A stretch of 36,278 nt of DNA. Source: a virus. Below are positions 24,258 through 32,178 of the stretch, piece by piece. A program made the translations under genes and the position numbers. Each line of letters opens with the position of its first letter. Within the stretch, counting starts at the first letter, position 1. Below the pieces are notes generated by a model that was given only the letters and a program-made list of their open reading frames with translations, was not told where the DNA came from and did not search any database. The DNA is taken from positions 1-36,278 of the IMG/VR virus record IMGVR_UViG_3300045988_041547; one strand, given 5' to 3'.

Positions 24258-25928
24258 CTACCTCACATACGTTAAAAATTCTTCCTCGTGATTTGTGTAA
24301 CAGGTGTAGGCATTCAGCAAGCTAACCATGCCGTCAATCCGCTTGACGCTGCTGCTCTTGACCGGCTGGATACTCTCAATGCCGTCCCTGTTTAGGCTCT
24401 TGACCCCGGTGTTGAGTAGGCACCATCTAAGCATCGGGTTCCGCTGGTATATCACCCGGTGATCCTTAAACAGCCCATGGAGCTGCTTCATGGGGTATGT
24501 CCATGTGTAGGGGCCCTGACGGATCTTCTCCATCTCAAACCCGCAGCTGTCCATTTCCTCACGCCAGTACCCGGACAGCGCCGCATCATAGCCAATCCAC
24601 AGTGGGCGGATGTTGTAGGTTTTCACCATGCCCAAAAACCACCCGGTCACGGCATGATAGTCCACAGTGGCACCGCCGGACAGATCGAGCCAACCTTTCT
24701 CAGCCCATAGCCTATATGGGGCCTCGCCCTTCCTTTTCTGCTCCACATCCCCAGCCCGACTTTGCGGGAGGAAATATTTCTGGAGCACATAAAATTTCGG
24801 GTCGTTCGGCTTGCGGATCAGCAGGGTGGCGCAGGTCAGGTCTGTGGTAGCGCTTAGGTCACATCCGCCTATTGCGTAGCTGTCCCGCAGCTCCTCCATG
24901 TCCTTAACCTCGTCGTTTACGGCCTCCTCATAGGTTAACCATGCCTCCGAGGTGTTCTCCGGGATGTTAAAATCCTTAGTCAGTACCGTGGGCAAAAACG
25001 TGGGGTCGCGCTTGGCCTTTTCCACATTCTCCGCCAGGGTCTTAATAGATTTGATCTTTCCCAGCCCGGGGTTTGCCTTCGCCCAACATTTCGGGTCTGT
25101 CCACTCCTCGCGGCTGTCCAACTCATAGATCAGCGGCAGAAGCCGGTAGTCCTCGAATCCCTCTACCCATAGGGCCACGTTTGAGGCGTAATTGTATTTG
25201 TTGTCAAAAAACGCCTCGCGCACAAATCCGTTGGTAGAGATCAGCCATGCTAGGGGCTGCTCTCGTGCCGCCTGGGACTGCACCATAACGTCATAGATTT
25301 TCGAGTTTCGGGCCTCGTGGAATTCATCCTGGCTAAAAAAGTGAGCGTTTAGACCGTCCATCGTGGACGTGTCAGAGGCCAGGGCTTTAATAAAACTAAA
25401 CGTAGCCGGGATATAAATATCTGACTGCCGTTTTTTGCTGATCGCAGACAGGGCCGGGGACTGGCTCCGCATATTTGCCACCTCGTCAAAAATCAGCTTC
25501 GCTTGATCTTTTTTGTTGGCGGTGCAATATATCTCAGCACCAGATTCCCCGTCATCCACGGCGATATCCCATTCCACTGCCGCCGTCTCCGTGGACTTTC
25601 CACATTTTCGGCCTCGAATGTCGATCACCTCGCGGAATCTCCTGAGCCCGGTGTCTTTCTCTTTCCACCCGTGCACCAACTGTAGCTTGGCCTTTTGAAA
25701 CAGCTCTAGCTTGATAGGCTGTCTTGCAGTCTTTCCTTTTGACGTCCGGCAGAAACGCTCGATAAACTGGATGTGCCGCTCACCGGCACGCTCGTCAAAA
25801 TAAAATGTGAAGCCATCCGGCGGGCTGTCCATCCATCCGCACTCTCGCTCATACACTGCCCGGACTTTCTCCGAGACCACCTCCGACCCGCTATGGATCG
25901 CGCTTAGGTATTCTTTCGGGTAATTCAT
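24258..25928 (-). CDS. terL: terminase large subunit, 556 aa
   Basis: Walker-A-like IRGRKCGKSTE, a C-terminal nuclease-like half, and an ATGA overlap with TerS. Confidence 0.9.
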   Translation of the reverse strand: MNYPKEYLSAIHSGSEVVSEKVRAVYERECGWMDSPPDGFTFYFDERAGERHIQFIERFCRTSKGKTARQPIKLELFQKAKLQLVHGWKEKDTGLRRFREVIDIRGRKCGKSTETAAVEWDIAVDDGESGAEIYCTANKKDQAKLIFDEVANMRSQSPALSAISKKRQSDIYIPATFSFIKALASDTSTMDGLNAHFFSQDEFHEARNSKIYDVMVQSQAAREQPLAWLISTNGFVREAFFDNKYNYASNVALWVEGFEDYRLLPLIYELDSREEWTDPKCWAKANPGLGKIKSIKTLAENVEKAKRDPTFLPTVLTKDFNIPENTSEAWLTYEEAVNDEVKDMEELRDSYAIGGCDLSATTDLTCATLLIRKPNDPKFYVLQKYFLPQSRAGDVEQKRKGEAPYRLWAEKGWLDLSGGATVDYHAVTGWFLGMVKTYNIRPLWIGYDAALSGYWREEMDSCGFEMEKIRQGPYTWTYPMKQLHGLFKDHRVIYQRNPMLRWCLLNTGVKSLNRDGIESIQPVKSSSVKRIDGMVSLLNAYTCYTNHEEEFLTYVR

Positions 25929-26308
25929 CCAGACGCCACAAACCGCAAGATTTCTTCCGCCGGGTCAACAGCGGCCCCCTCCGGCAACATATCGCACAGC
26001 TGCTTAATCACCTTGCTGTAGGTGTTGAGGCTCTTGTCGTAGATATCCACGGCAGAGGACTTTTTCAGTCCAAACTGGGACGCGCCGTTTTGGTATGCCT
26101 CAATCATGCCGTCCCGGCTGATGATCTCCCGCGCCTCGTCCAGCAGCACGGCGGAAAAAGCCGCGTTATTCAGCAGTTTGTCGCACAGCCGCATTTTTTC
26201 TCCAGGCAGATCCTTAAAGATCTTTTTCAATCTGGAGTACTCTGCCTTTGTCTTTTTATGTCTCTCGTTCTCCGAGTAGATATGCTCAAACCTTCCGTAT
26301 TCGTCCAC
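25925..26308 (-). CDS. terS: terminase small subunit (P27-like), 127 aa
   Basis: GTG start with an AGGGGGTG RBS. Helical protein directly upstream of TerL and downstream of an HNH gene. Confidence 0.7.
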   Translation of the reverse strand: MDEYGRFEHIYSENERHKKTKAEYSRLKKIFKDLPGEKMRLCDKLLNNAAFSAVLLDEAREIISRDGMIEAYQNGASQFGLKKSSAVDIYDKSLNTYSKVIKQLCDMLPEGAAVDPAEEILRFVASG

Positions 26309-26373
26309 GACCTACACCCCCTTGTAAATGGTCAGTCAGTTTGAAAGAGGGCCCCCCACCGGTCCCCAAATCT

Positions 26374-26694
26374 TTAGCGAACTAAAGTGCCCCCTGGGGG
26401 GGATTGAACCGGCACCGGCTGGCCGTCCTCGTCGAACTGATAGTCACTCGCTATGCCCATGCGCTCTGCATAGTGCTCTGCCTTGTGGCAAGCATCACAC
26501 AGGCTCTCCAGATTACCGGGATTTAGCGTTATGTTTGGGTCATTGATATTGTCCGGAGCTAGGCGGATAATGTGGTGTACGTCCGTTGCCGGTGCTCCGC
26601 ATCTCCGACATAGGTACTTATCGCGCATAAGCGCATATGCCCTTGCGTCTCTCCATAGGGCAGAGTGGTAAAATGCTTTGGCAAATGGTTTCAT
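26374..26694 (-). CDS. HNH endonuclease (packaging-associated), 106 aa
   Basis: CRRCG....DVHHIIRL......N...NLESLCDACHKAEH is an HNH motif with two CxxC pairs. Confidence 0.85.
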   Translation of the reverse strand: MKPFAKAFYHSALWRDARAYALMRDKYLCRRCGAPATDVHHIIRLAPDNINDPNITLNPGNLESLCDACHKAEHYAERMGIASDYQFDEDGQPVPVQSPPGGTLVR

Positions 26695-27539
26695 TTCCCA
26701 AGCCCTTTCACAATTTCCAGCTCTCTATCACTCAACCTCCAGACACGAGCGGCTGCACGTTCTGCGGCTGCACGTTCTGCGGCTGCACGTTCTGCGGCTG
26801 CACGTTCTGCGGCTGCACGTTCTGCGGCTGCACGTTCTGCGGCTTTTGCGTCTGATAACAGTAGGCCGGAGCCGAATATGGCTTTCCCGTGCTCAGCCTG
26901 TGCATCCAACTTTGACACTCTGGTGCAATCCTTACGTCTGACCTCAAAATCAATCCCATACTTGCTATACTTCTGGAGCATAGCCGCCGTTAGGATATGA
27001 CCCGGGTATTGGTATTTCGGAAGCTCTCGACGCGTCTCTTGCCGGATTTTGACCATAGCTGCCTCGATCATGCTGAGTAAATCCGGCGCTGTCCTGGCTA
27101 CCACATCGCCGCCCAGGTTGGTAACAAACGCCGTACGTACAACCGCACCATTTGCATATGTAATATCAGCACCACAGACGATGTGTGTCATCTCCATGCA
27201 AGTATCTTTGCCGCCAAAGGCGGTAAGAGACGGGGCGAATAGGAAGAATCTAATGCCGCGCTCAAGATAAAATCTGCATATCCGGGTCAGAATGCTAAAT
27301 GGTGGATTATCCAGAACAGTACATCCGTCTGGGTAGTCGTAGTGTTCGTAGTCTCCACCGGGGTAAAACGGCCTCGCGATATTATCAGGATCAATGTCAT
27401 ACTGTTTACAGGCCCAGGCTTTGACCGCCTCATAGATCAGTGGTGGAGTATAACAGTCGTCCGTGGTCTTTTTTGGTTTGAATTTGTCCACAAATGCCTC
27501 GTATTCCGGGTTGTCGTTAAACAAGCTCGTCTGATCCAT
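26691..27539 (-). CDS. putative N6-adenine DNA methyltransferase with a C-terminal (AAERA)n linker, 282 aa
   Basis: TTDDCYTPP near the N-terminus and a DNPPF catalytic motif (DPPY/NPPF class). AAGGTGGTGAG RBS. The C-terminus holds the AAERA repeats followed by RVWRLSDRELEIVKGLGK. Confidence 0.6.
   Translation of the reverse strand: MDQTSLFNDNPEYEAFVDKFKPKKTTDDCYTPPLIYEAVKAWACKQYDIDPDNIARPFYPGGDYEHYDYPDGCTVLDNPPFSILTRICRFYLERGIRFFLFAPSLTAFGGKDTCMEMTHIVCGADITYANGAVVRTAFVTNLGGDVVARTAPDLLSMIEAAMVKIRQETRRELPKYQYPGHILTAAMLQKYSKYGIDFEVRRKDCTRVSKLDAQAEHGKAIFGSGLLLSDAKAAERAAAERAAAERAAAERAAAERAAAERAAARVWRLSDRELEIVKGLGK
26751..26844. repeat. perfect 15-bp tandem repeat, 6 full copies plus 4 nt
   Basis: ggctgcacgttctgc is repeated head to tail from 26751 to 26840, then ggct. 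It is in frame in the methyltransferase gene, encoding AAERA x6-7. Confidence 0.95.
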
Positions 27540-27759
27540 GCTCTCACCACCTTTTGCGCTCCCTATTTGTACCCCGCCGGGAGCTGGCGGCGCCCTGATG
27601 CGTCACAGGCTTACGCTTTGCGCAGCGACCAAGCTGCGCCATTTCCCCCCACGTTGGTTTTACCTACCCGGCGTGGGTTCCGGGCTGCTCTAATTTCTCT
27701 ACCAACCGAGCACATTCAAGCCCACAATTTATTTGCCGCCGTGGGCAAGCGGCAGGCGT

Positions 27760-27824
27760 TGCAAGGGGCTGGAATTGAACCAGCCTGACGGATTATGCAG
27801 CTACCGTCCCGCACCTGCCCTTGC
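27760..27824 (-). ncRNA. tRNA-like module B (acceptor stem + T-arm, non-canonical core, 65 nt)
   Basis: On the minus strand: GCAAGGG ... GACGG-TAGCTGCATAAT-CCGTC ... GCTGG-TTCAATT-CCAGC-CCCTTGC-A. The acceptor pairing is a perfect 7 bp and the T-arm a perfect 5 bp with a TTCAATT loop. There is no D-arm, and a 12-nt loop sits where the anticodon loop would be. Confidence 0.35.
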
Positions 27825-27873
27825 ATATGTCGCGGCCTGTTGCACATCGTTGAGAGGTGTGCCGCGCTCTATC

Positions 27874-27987
27874 TGGCGCAGGTGGGTGGATTTGAACCGC
27901 CCTGGCACATAGGTCAGAAAGGAGATCGTCCAAGGGCAATTTTAGGAGGAATTGCACGAAAAAGTAGCCAGCTACCGGAGCACCTGC
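27874..27987 (-). ncRNA. tRNA-like module A (acceptor stem + T-arm + encoded CCA, 114 nt, with extra hairpins)
   Basis: On the minus strand: GCAGGTG ... GCAATT-CCTCCTAA-AATTGC hairpin ... GGCGG-TTCAAAT-CCACC (one C:A mismatch) - CACCTGC-G-CCA. It is too long and lacks a proper D-arm for a canonical tRNA. Confidence 0.35.
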
Positions 27988-28056
27988 GTATTTTGACGGG
28001 GCAGGTGATGGCAAACACAGGAGGAATCATCTGATGGGACCCGCACCGTCAATATT

Positions 28057-28085
28057 ATTATACCAGCAAAAATCATGCACGTCAT
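28057..28085 (-). promoter_or_regulatory. candidate promoter reading into the non-coding region and the methyltransferase/packaging operon
   Basis: On the minus strand: ATGACG (28085..28080), a 17-nt spacer, then TGgTATAAT (extended -10, TATAAT at 28062..28057). It lies just after the stop of gene 28094..28390. Confidence 0.45.
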
Positions 28086-28093
28086 GCGCACAT

Positions 28094-28390
28094 TTACAGT
28101 GCGCCGTACTCTCTCAACCGATCCCGAAATGAAGCAAGCACAGCACGGCACCGCCCGTGAAAATCAGTCCTACAAACTGGGATATAGCGGATTTTTTGTA
28201 TTTCCTCGTAGCTAACCCCACCGACGATAGAATACACAATATCGTCCGCAAGGGAAGGTTCTACCGAGTATGCTGCATCGTATAGCAGTAGTCGCCGTTC
28301 ATAGTCTGGCTGCCTTGCCAAAAACCTTATGTACTTTTCTTCGTTTTGCTGGAATCCATAATCCGCATAAGTTTTGTTCCTAGTTTTCAC
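28094..28390 (-). CDS. hypothetical protein, 98 aa (possible late regulator by position only)
   Basis: ORF-track ORF, last early-region gene before the non-coding stretch. No family recognised. Confidence 0.55.
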   Translation of the reverse strand: MKTRNKTYADYGFQQNEEKYIRFLARQPDYERRLLLYDAAYSVEPSLADDIVYSIVGGVSYEEIQKIRYIPVCRTDFHGRCRAVLASFRDRLREYGAL

Positions 28391-28511
28391 AGCCCACCTC
28401 CGTAATCTCCTTTGTCAGCCGTGCCAGCTCGGCTTCCCGGGCATTCTCGGCTTTGATAGCGCCGTATGCTGTAAGGTCACTGTAGCCCTCACTGTTTTGC
28501 CATGGTTTCAT
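28380..28511 (-). CDS. small hypothetical protein, 43 aa
   Basis: Own translation: MKPWQNSEGYSDLTAYGAIKAENAREAELARLTKEITEVGCEN. ATGA overlap with the upstream stop and GGGAGGG upstream. Confidence 0.4.
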   Translation of the reverse strand: MKPWQNSEGYSDLTAYGAIKAENAREAELARLTKEITEVGCEN

Positions 28512-28705
28512 ACAGCCCTCCCATTCCTGGAGCTTTGCATGCCCGACACAAGAAATTCAAAGATATTTTCCCAGTGTACGGCGCTGTGGAACCCCAGTGC
28601 CCGGAGCCTGTCACGCCTTGCAAGCATTTGCTTACAAAAGCTGTTTGCTTTATTACGCTCAAGCCCCAGCGCCATGAGCTGCTTTACAAATGTCTTACGC
28701 TTCAT
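28508..28705 (-). CDS. hypothetical protein, 65 aa
   Basis: ORF-track ORF in the coupled operon. Confidence 0.5.
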   Translation of the reverse strand: MKRKTFVKQLMALGLERNKANSFCKQMLARRDRLRALGFHSAVHWENIFEFLVSGMQSSRNGRAV

Positions 28706-28982
28706 TCGCTTCTTCCTTTCCCGCCTCGCTCAACCATATCATTGTGTTTATCACTCCATCCGGAATATGATCCGCATTCCGGAAACTCACGAGAAATTCA
28801 GCCAGTTCCCGGTTGGACATTGACCTGATCCGGTCACCTCTTGTTATTGGTTGATTTTCCACCGCTCGGTTAAACTCAGCACATTCGCTCCCTTCGGCAA
28901 ACTCCGCCTTTTCCGGCGATCCGCAGAAACGCTTGTCTGGACAACGAGAAAACGCCTTTTTACTGCAATGGTAGGTAACCAT
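28695..28982 (-). CDS. hypothetical Cys-containing protein, 95 aa
   Basis: ORF-track ORF that overlaps its neighbours on both sides. Confidence 0.5.
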   Translation of the reverse strand: MVTYHCSKKAFSRCPDKRFCGSPEKAEFAEGSECAEFNRAVENQPITRGDRIRSMSNRELAEFLVSFRNADHIPDGVINTMIWLSEAGKEEANEA

Positions 28983-29322
28983 TATTCACCGCCTCCCGAA
29001 TATCCTTCTCAGCCTTCCGCATAGCTGGTGCATCCGGCTTATCCATCCAATGAGTCACCCCATACGTCCCGCAGCACTCACTATCGTAATACTGCCCTCC
29101 GACACGATACCCCATAAAAACATCCGTTTTCCCGATGGCAAGCAGCACGTCTTTCCCGCCGGGTGTAGGCTGCACCTCCACATCTGCCCACGGAGACGGT
29201 AGCCTCGAAATAACCGAAATCGCCATAGCCGCCGCAGTTGCGGCCTCAGCGTTGCCCTTGCATTCCTCCGCAAATTCCCTCAGTGCCGCGATTGCGGCCT
29301 GACGGTCAATGTAATCAGCCAT
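28960..29322 (-). CDS. DUF551-like protein, copy 2
   Basis: MADYIDRQAAIAAL...RLPSPWADVE...GVTHWMDKPDAP. The N-terminus and the LPSPW / THWM..PDAP motifs are shared with 30306..30722. Confidence 0.6.
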   Translation of the reverse strand: MADYIDRQAAIAALREFAEECKGNAEAATAAAMAISVISRLPSPWADVEVQPTPGGKDVLLAIGKTDVFMGYRVGGQYYDSECCGTYGVTHWMDKPDAPAMRKAEKDIREAVNNGYLPLQ

Positions 29323-29330
29323 TGATGATG

Positions 29331-29792
29331 TCATCTCCTACTAATTGTAATACGTAGTTGCCTGCCCAGCCAACCTAAGCCAACCTGAGTAAGATAGTAT
29401 GTTGTACCACGCGCATTCCGGTGTACTGTAAACAGCTCTTTCGGCAGTTTGTCAAGGATTTTGTTTCCTTCCGGAACATCTGCGTAGTAGTTCCGGTATG
29501 CCTTATAAAATGCTTTCCCGTGCCGGTGGTAGGGGCGCTTGTAGTCAAGTCCAACCATGTGTTCGCAGATTTCGATTGCCCGGTTCAATTCTTCCGGCGA
29601 TAAATCCATTTCAATCCCCATGTCCAACCCCATTTCACCGAGTGCTTCCGCGTGCATATCGTCCCACTTTTTCACCCAGTTCCAAGGATGGGTGCAGCCA
29701 AGCACACCGTCTTTGTGCTCCAGCCCATGTTCTCCCTCTGCTTCCGGGCAAACATCCTCCGGGTCAGAAAGCGGGCAGCAATCACACCTCAT
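29331..29792 (-). CDS. hypothetical Cys-rich protein, 153 aa
   Basis: Internal ATG of ORF 29331..29831 with a GGGAGG RBS. Product begins MRCDCCPLSDPEDVCPEAEGE... Confidence 0.55.
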   Translation of the reverse strand: MRCDCCPLSDPEDVCPEAEGEHGLEHKDGVLGCTHPWNWVKKWDDMHAEALGEMGLDMGIEMDLSPEELNRAIEICEHMVGLDYKRPYHRHGKAFYKAYRNYYADVPEGNKILDKLPKELFTVHRNARGTTYYLTQVGLGWLGRQLRITISRR

Positions 29793-29796
29793 CGTT

Positions 29797-30309
29797 TTAA
29801 CCTCCCATCGTAATATCCACCCCAAACGCATCCATCAGCCGTTTGGCGGCCTGTCTGTTGATCCGATGTCTCTGCCAACTGCCTTTCGCCCCGTTGAGAC
29901 TGAGGCCCGAAGCGTTGGAAATCTCTATCCACGTGTGCTCCCGTTTCAGAGCGTAAGCCTTGTCCATATCCAAATCCGCTGTCAAGGCATAGGGCTTCCT
30001 GCTGATCTTCTCGGGCTTAACGGGCTTGCCCATCTCCTGTGCCAGCAGCGCCCAAGCTTCTTCCTTGACGGTGCCGGGGTTGTCCTGCAAAATGGACAGC
30101 TTAGCCCGGGGATTGTCGTGCATCCACTCGGTGCAGTTGGTATCAAAGGTCATGCCCTCCAGGCTCTCACGCCCGGTGCGCTGGTAGTGCAGCCATATCC
30201 GGCTGTGATGGGTGAGACAGATGGTTTCATTCGGCACCTCCATCCTTTTTCGCTCCGCAATGGGAACTCGCACTGAGAGCACTAGGTCTTGCGCTGCATC
30301 GTACTTCAT
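29797..30309 (-). CDS. hypothetical DNA-binding-like protein, paralog B, 170 aa
   Basis: ATGA overlap with the DUF551 stop. The C-terminal roughly 130 aa (HHSRIWLHYQRTG...RKPYALTADLDMDKA...GLSLNGAKGSWQRHRINRQAAKRLMDAFGVDIT) align with 31363..32178. Confidence 0.6.
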   Translation of the reverse strand: MKYDAAQDLVLSVRVPIAERKRMEVPNETICLTHHSRIWLHYQRTGRESLEGMTFDTNCTEWMHDNPRAKLSILQDNPGTVKEEAWALLAQEMGKPVKPEKISRKPYALTADLDMDKAYALKREHTWIEISNASGLSLNGAKGSWQRHRINRQAAKRLMDAFGVDITMGG

Positions 30310-30722
30310 TTCCCCACCTCTGGCGCATCCGGTAGGGGCATCCAGTGAGTGACTTTGCAATCTATCGGATTGTTATACACATCATCCGGTGTGAATTTCC
30401 GGTTCTCCCACCACCCAGTCGGCACATACCAATCGTCAAGTTTCTCATTGTAAACCCCATATTCTTCGATATCGTTCCATCTCCAGCCGCTTTCGCCTCG
30501 CAGAACTTCTCCTGCCTCGTAAATTGCAGGCACTACAAACACATAACCGTTCCGGTTGCATACGGCAAGTACCTCAGTTTCTGATACCGGGAGAGCGTCC
30601 TCCACGCTTATCCACGGAGACGGCAGCATTCTCAGTGCCTTGTAAGCCTCCGGGCTGATTCCTTCTGCTTCTACTTCGTCAATTACCGCAATCGCAGCCT
30701 GACGGTCAATGTAATCAGCCAT
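30306..30722 (-). CDS. DUF551-like protein, copy 1
   Basis: MADYIDRQAAIAVI...MLPSPWISVEDALP...KVTHWMPLPDAP. Internal ATG of ORF 30306..30758 with a GGAAGGAG RBS. Confidence 0.65.
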   Translation of the reverse strand: MADYIDRQAAIAVIDEVEAEGISPEAYKALRMLPSPWISVEDALPVSETEVLAVCNRNGYVFVVPAIYEAGEVLRGESGWRWNDIEEYGVYNEKLDDWYVPTGWWENRKFTPDDVYNNPIDCKVTHWMPLPDAPEVGK

Positions 30723-30763
30723 CTTTATCGTCTCCTTCCAACAAGTTTGCCATGACACCGCTC

Positions 30764-31093
30764 CTAAATCTCTATATCGTCCAGTGCTCTAATCGTCCGA
30801 TGCATCTCCCGGCGGGAAATCGCGAACCGATCAAATCCACCCGCAAGTGCTACCTCAGTAACAGCGATTATTTCCCGTGCCGCCGAAGTCTCGGAGCGGA
30901 GGTTGTAAGCCTCCTTACCCCAGACCGGCTCCAGCTGTTTGAGCAGCTGGAAAGCACCGCCGAAAATCAGGTTGTCAGCCCGGCCCGTCCGGAGCATATA
31001 GCCAAATAGGCCCCGGCGTGCTTTGGTCTGGATTGCCTCCCGATACAGGAGATGCAAGTCCCAGCCAACCTCGTTAATTGTGATTGTTTTCAT
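30764..31093 (-). CDS. hypothetical protein, 109 aa
   Basis: Internal ATG of ORF 30764..31126 preceded by GGAGGAA. Confidence 0.55.
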   Translation of the reverse strand: MKTITINEVGWDLHLLYREAIQTKARRGLFGYMLRTGRADNLIFGGAFQLLKQLEPVWGKEAYNLRSETSAAREIIAVTEVALAGGFDRFAISRREMHRTIRALDDIEI

Positions 31094-31238
31094 TTTGATT
31101 CCTCCATTTGGTAATTTTGAGTTCACCGCATTGCTTCTCTACGCCGCTTCCAATAAAGTCCCGGTAGATGTCCTCGTTGGCAGGGCTGGTGCCCAGCAGA
31201 GGCTCAGTGTAGGTCAGCTTAATATGTAGTTTTTTCAT
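31074..31238 (-). CDS. small hypothetical protein, 54 aa
   Basis: Own translation: MKKLHIKLTYTEPLLGTSPANEDIYRDFIGSGVEKQCGELKITKWRNQNENNHN. GAAAGGAAAA upstream. Confidence 0.35.
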   Translation of the reverse strand: MKKLHIKLTYTEPLLGTSPANEDIYRDFIGSGVEKQCGELKITKWRNQNENNHN

Positions 31239-31362
31239 GGCTTGATTTTCCTTTCTCAGTGTCCTATAATATGGACAGTTCTATTTTGCTTTGCCGCGCT
31301 GGGAGTTGCCGCTCCCGGGCGGCTTTTCTTATGTTTTCCTTTCTGCGTTTTAGCTCGCCAGC

Positions 31363-32178
31363 TTATTTTGTGATGTCAATCCCATATGCGTCCAGCAACC
31401 GTTTTGCGGCGTGCCGGTTAATTCTCTGCCGTTCCCAGCTGCCCTTTGCGCCGTTGATGCTTAATCCGGCAACTGTAGCAATTTCCCTCCATGTGTGGCG
31501 GTTTTTTAGCTCTTTGGCTTTTTCCATGTCCAAATCCGCAGTCAAGGCATACGGTTTTCTGTCTGTTGGAGTTTTTTCTCCCCGAGTAATAACACCTTCC
31601 TTCTCCAGCAACGCCCACGCCCTTTCTGTGACGTTTGCCGGATCGTCCTGCATCAAAGATAGCTTGTCTCGTGGGTTCCCGGGCATAAATTCCGTGCATC
31701 CAGTGCCAGTAGTAAACCCTTTCAAACTCTGCTTCCCAGTGCGTTGGTAGTGGAGATATATCCGCGAGTGGTGCCCAAGGCAGAGCGAATAACCACAGTG
31801 GTAACGGTTTTGACCCTTTTCACCGCCGCTTAACGCAAGCCTCCAGACACATTTTGCGCACCCGCTACTGCCATTTCCAATTTTCAGCTTTTCGCTCTTC
31901 CGCTTGGCAACGTTTGTGTGTTTATCGCGGTATTTTATCACCGCCGTAAGGTCAACGTCTCGGCAACACACCCCATATGCCCGAAATTCCCATTTCCCGC
32001 TGTGCCATCGGACTCTCTCGCATCCAGAGCTCGGTGGCCACACGCCCGAATTTGAGGCAATCTTCGCCGCCTTTATCGCTTCGTCCTCAGTGGAGTATCG
32101 CCCAACAAAATCTCCATTGCGGGTAACATACCACCGCTTGCCTCTCTGAGTGACCTCTGCATTACCCATATTTTGCAT
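31363..32178 (-). CDS. AP2-like N-terminal domain + paralog-A C-terminal domain protein, 271 aa
   Basis: GKRWYVTRNGDFVGRYSTEDEAIKAAK and RVRWHSGKWEFRAYG look like AP2-type DNA-binding repeats. The C-terminal half is paralogous to 29797..30309. Confidence 0.6.
   Translation of the reverse strand: MQNMGNAEVTQRGKRWYVTRNGDFVGRYSTEDEAIKAAKIASNSGVWPPSSGCERVRWHSGKWEFRAYGVCCRDVDLTAVIKYRDKHTNVAKRKSEKLKIGNGSSGCAKCVWRLALSGGEKGQNRYHCGYSLCLGHHSRIYLHYQRTGKQSLKGFTTGTGCTEFMPGNPRDKLSLMQDDPANVTERAWALLEKEGVITRGEKTPTDRKPYALTADLDMEKAKELKNRHTWREIATVAGLSINGAKGSWERQRINRHAAKRLLDAYGIDITK

Noticed and set aside
26751-26844. Possible CRISPR array or minisatellite outside genes
   Set aside because: The repeats are contiguous with no spacers and only 15 bp long. 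They lie in frame inside the methyltransferase ORF. No cas genes are present.
27874-27987. Canonical (or intron-containing, or class II) tRNA
   Set aside because: At 114 nt it is too long. It has no D-arm with a GG loop, an 8-nt CCTCCTAA loop rather than a 7-nt anticodon loop, 34 nt between that hairpin and the T-arm, and a C:A mismatch in the T-stem. It is kept only as a tRNA-like element.
27342-28034. ORF-track ORFs 27342..27788(+), 27793..28014(-) and 27795..28034(+) as genes
   Set aside because: They have no RBS, use alternative start codons, have Pro/Arg/Ala/Gly-rich composition typical of GC-rich non-coding frames, and overlap the structured RNA-like elements.
31270-31330. Imperfect GC hairpin (gccgcgctgggag..ctcccgggcggc) with a T-run on the plus strand, as a terminator
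   Set aside because: No plus-strand gene reads into it, and on the minus strand it lacks a U-run. It may only be an mRNA stability or processing element inside the early operon.
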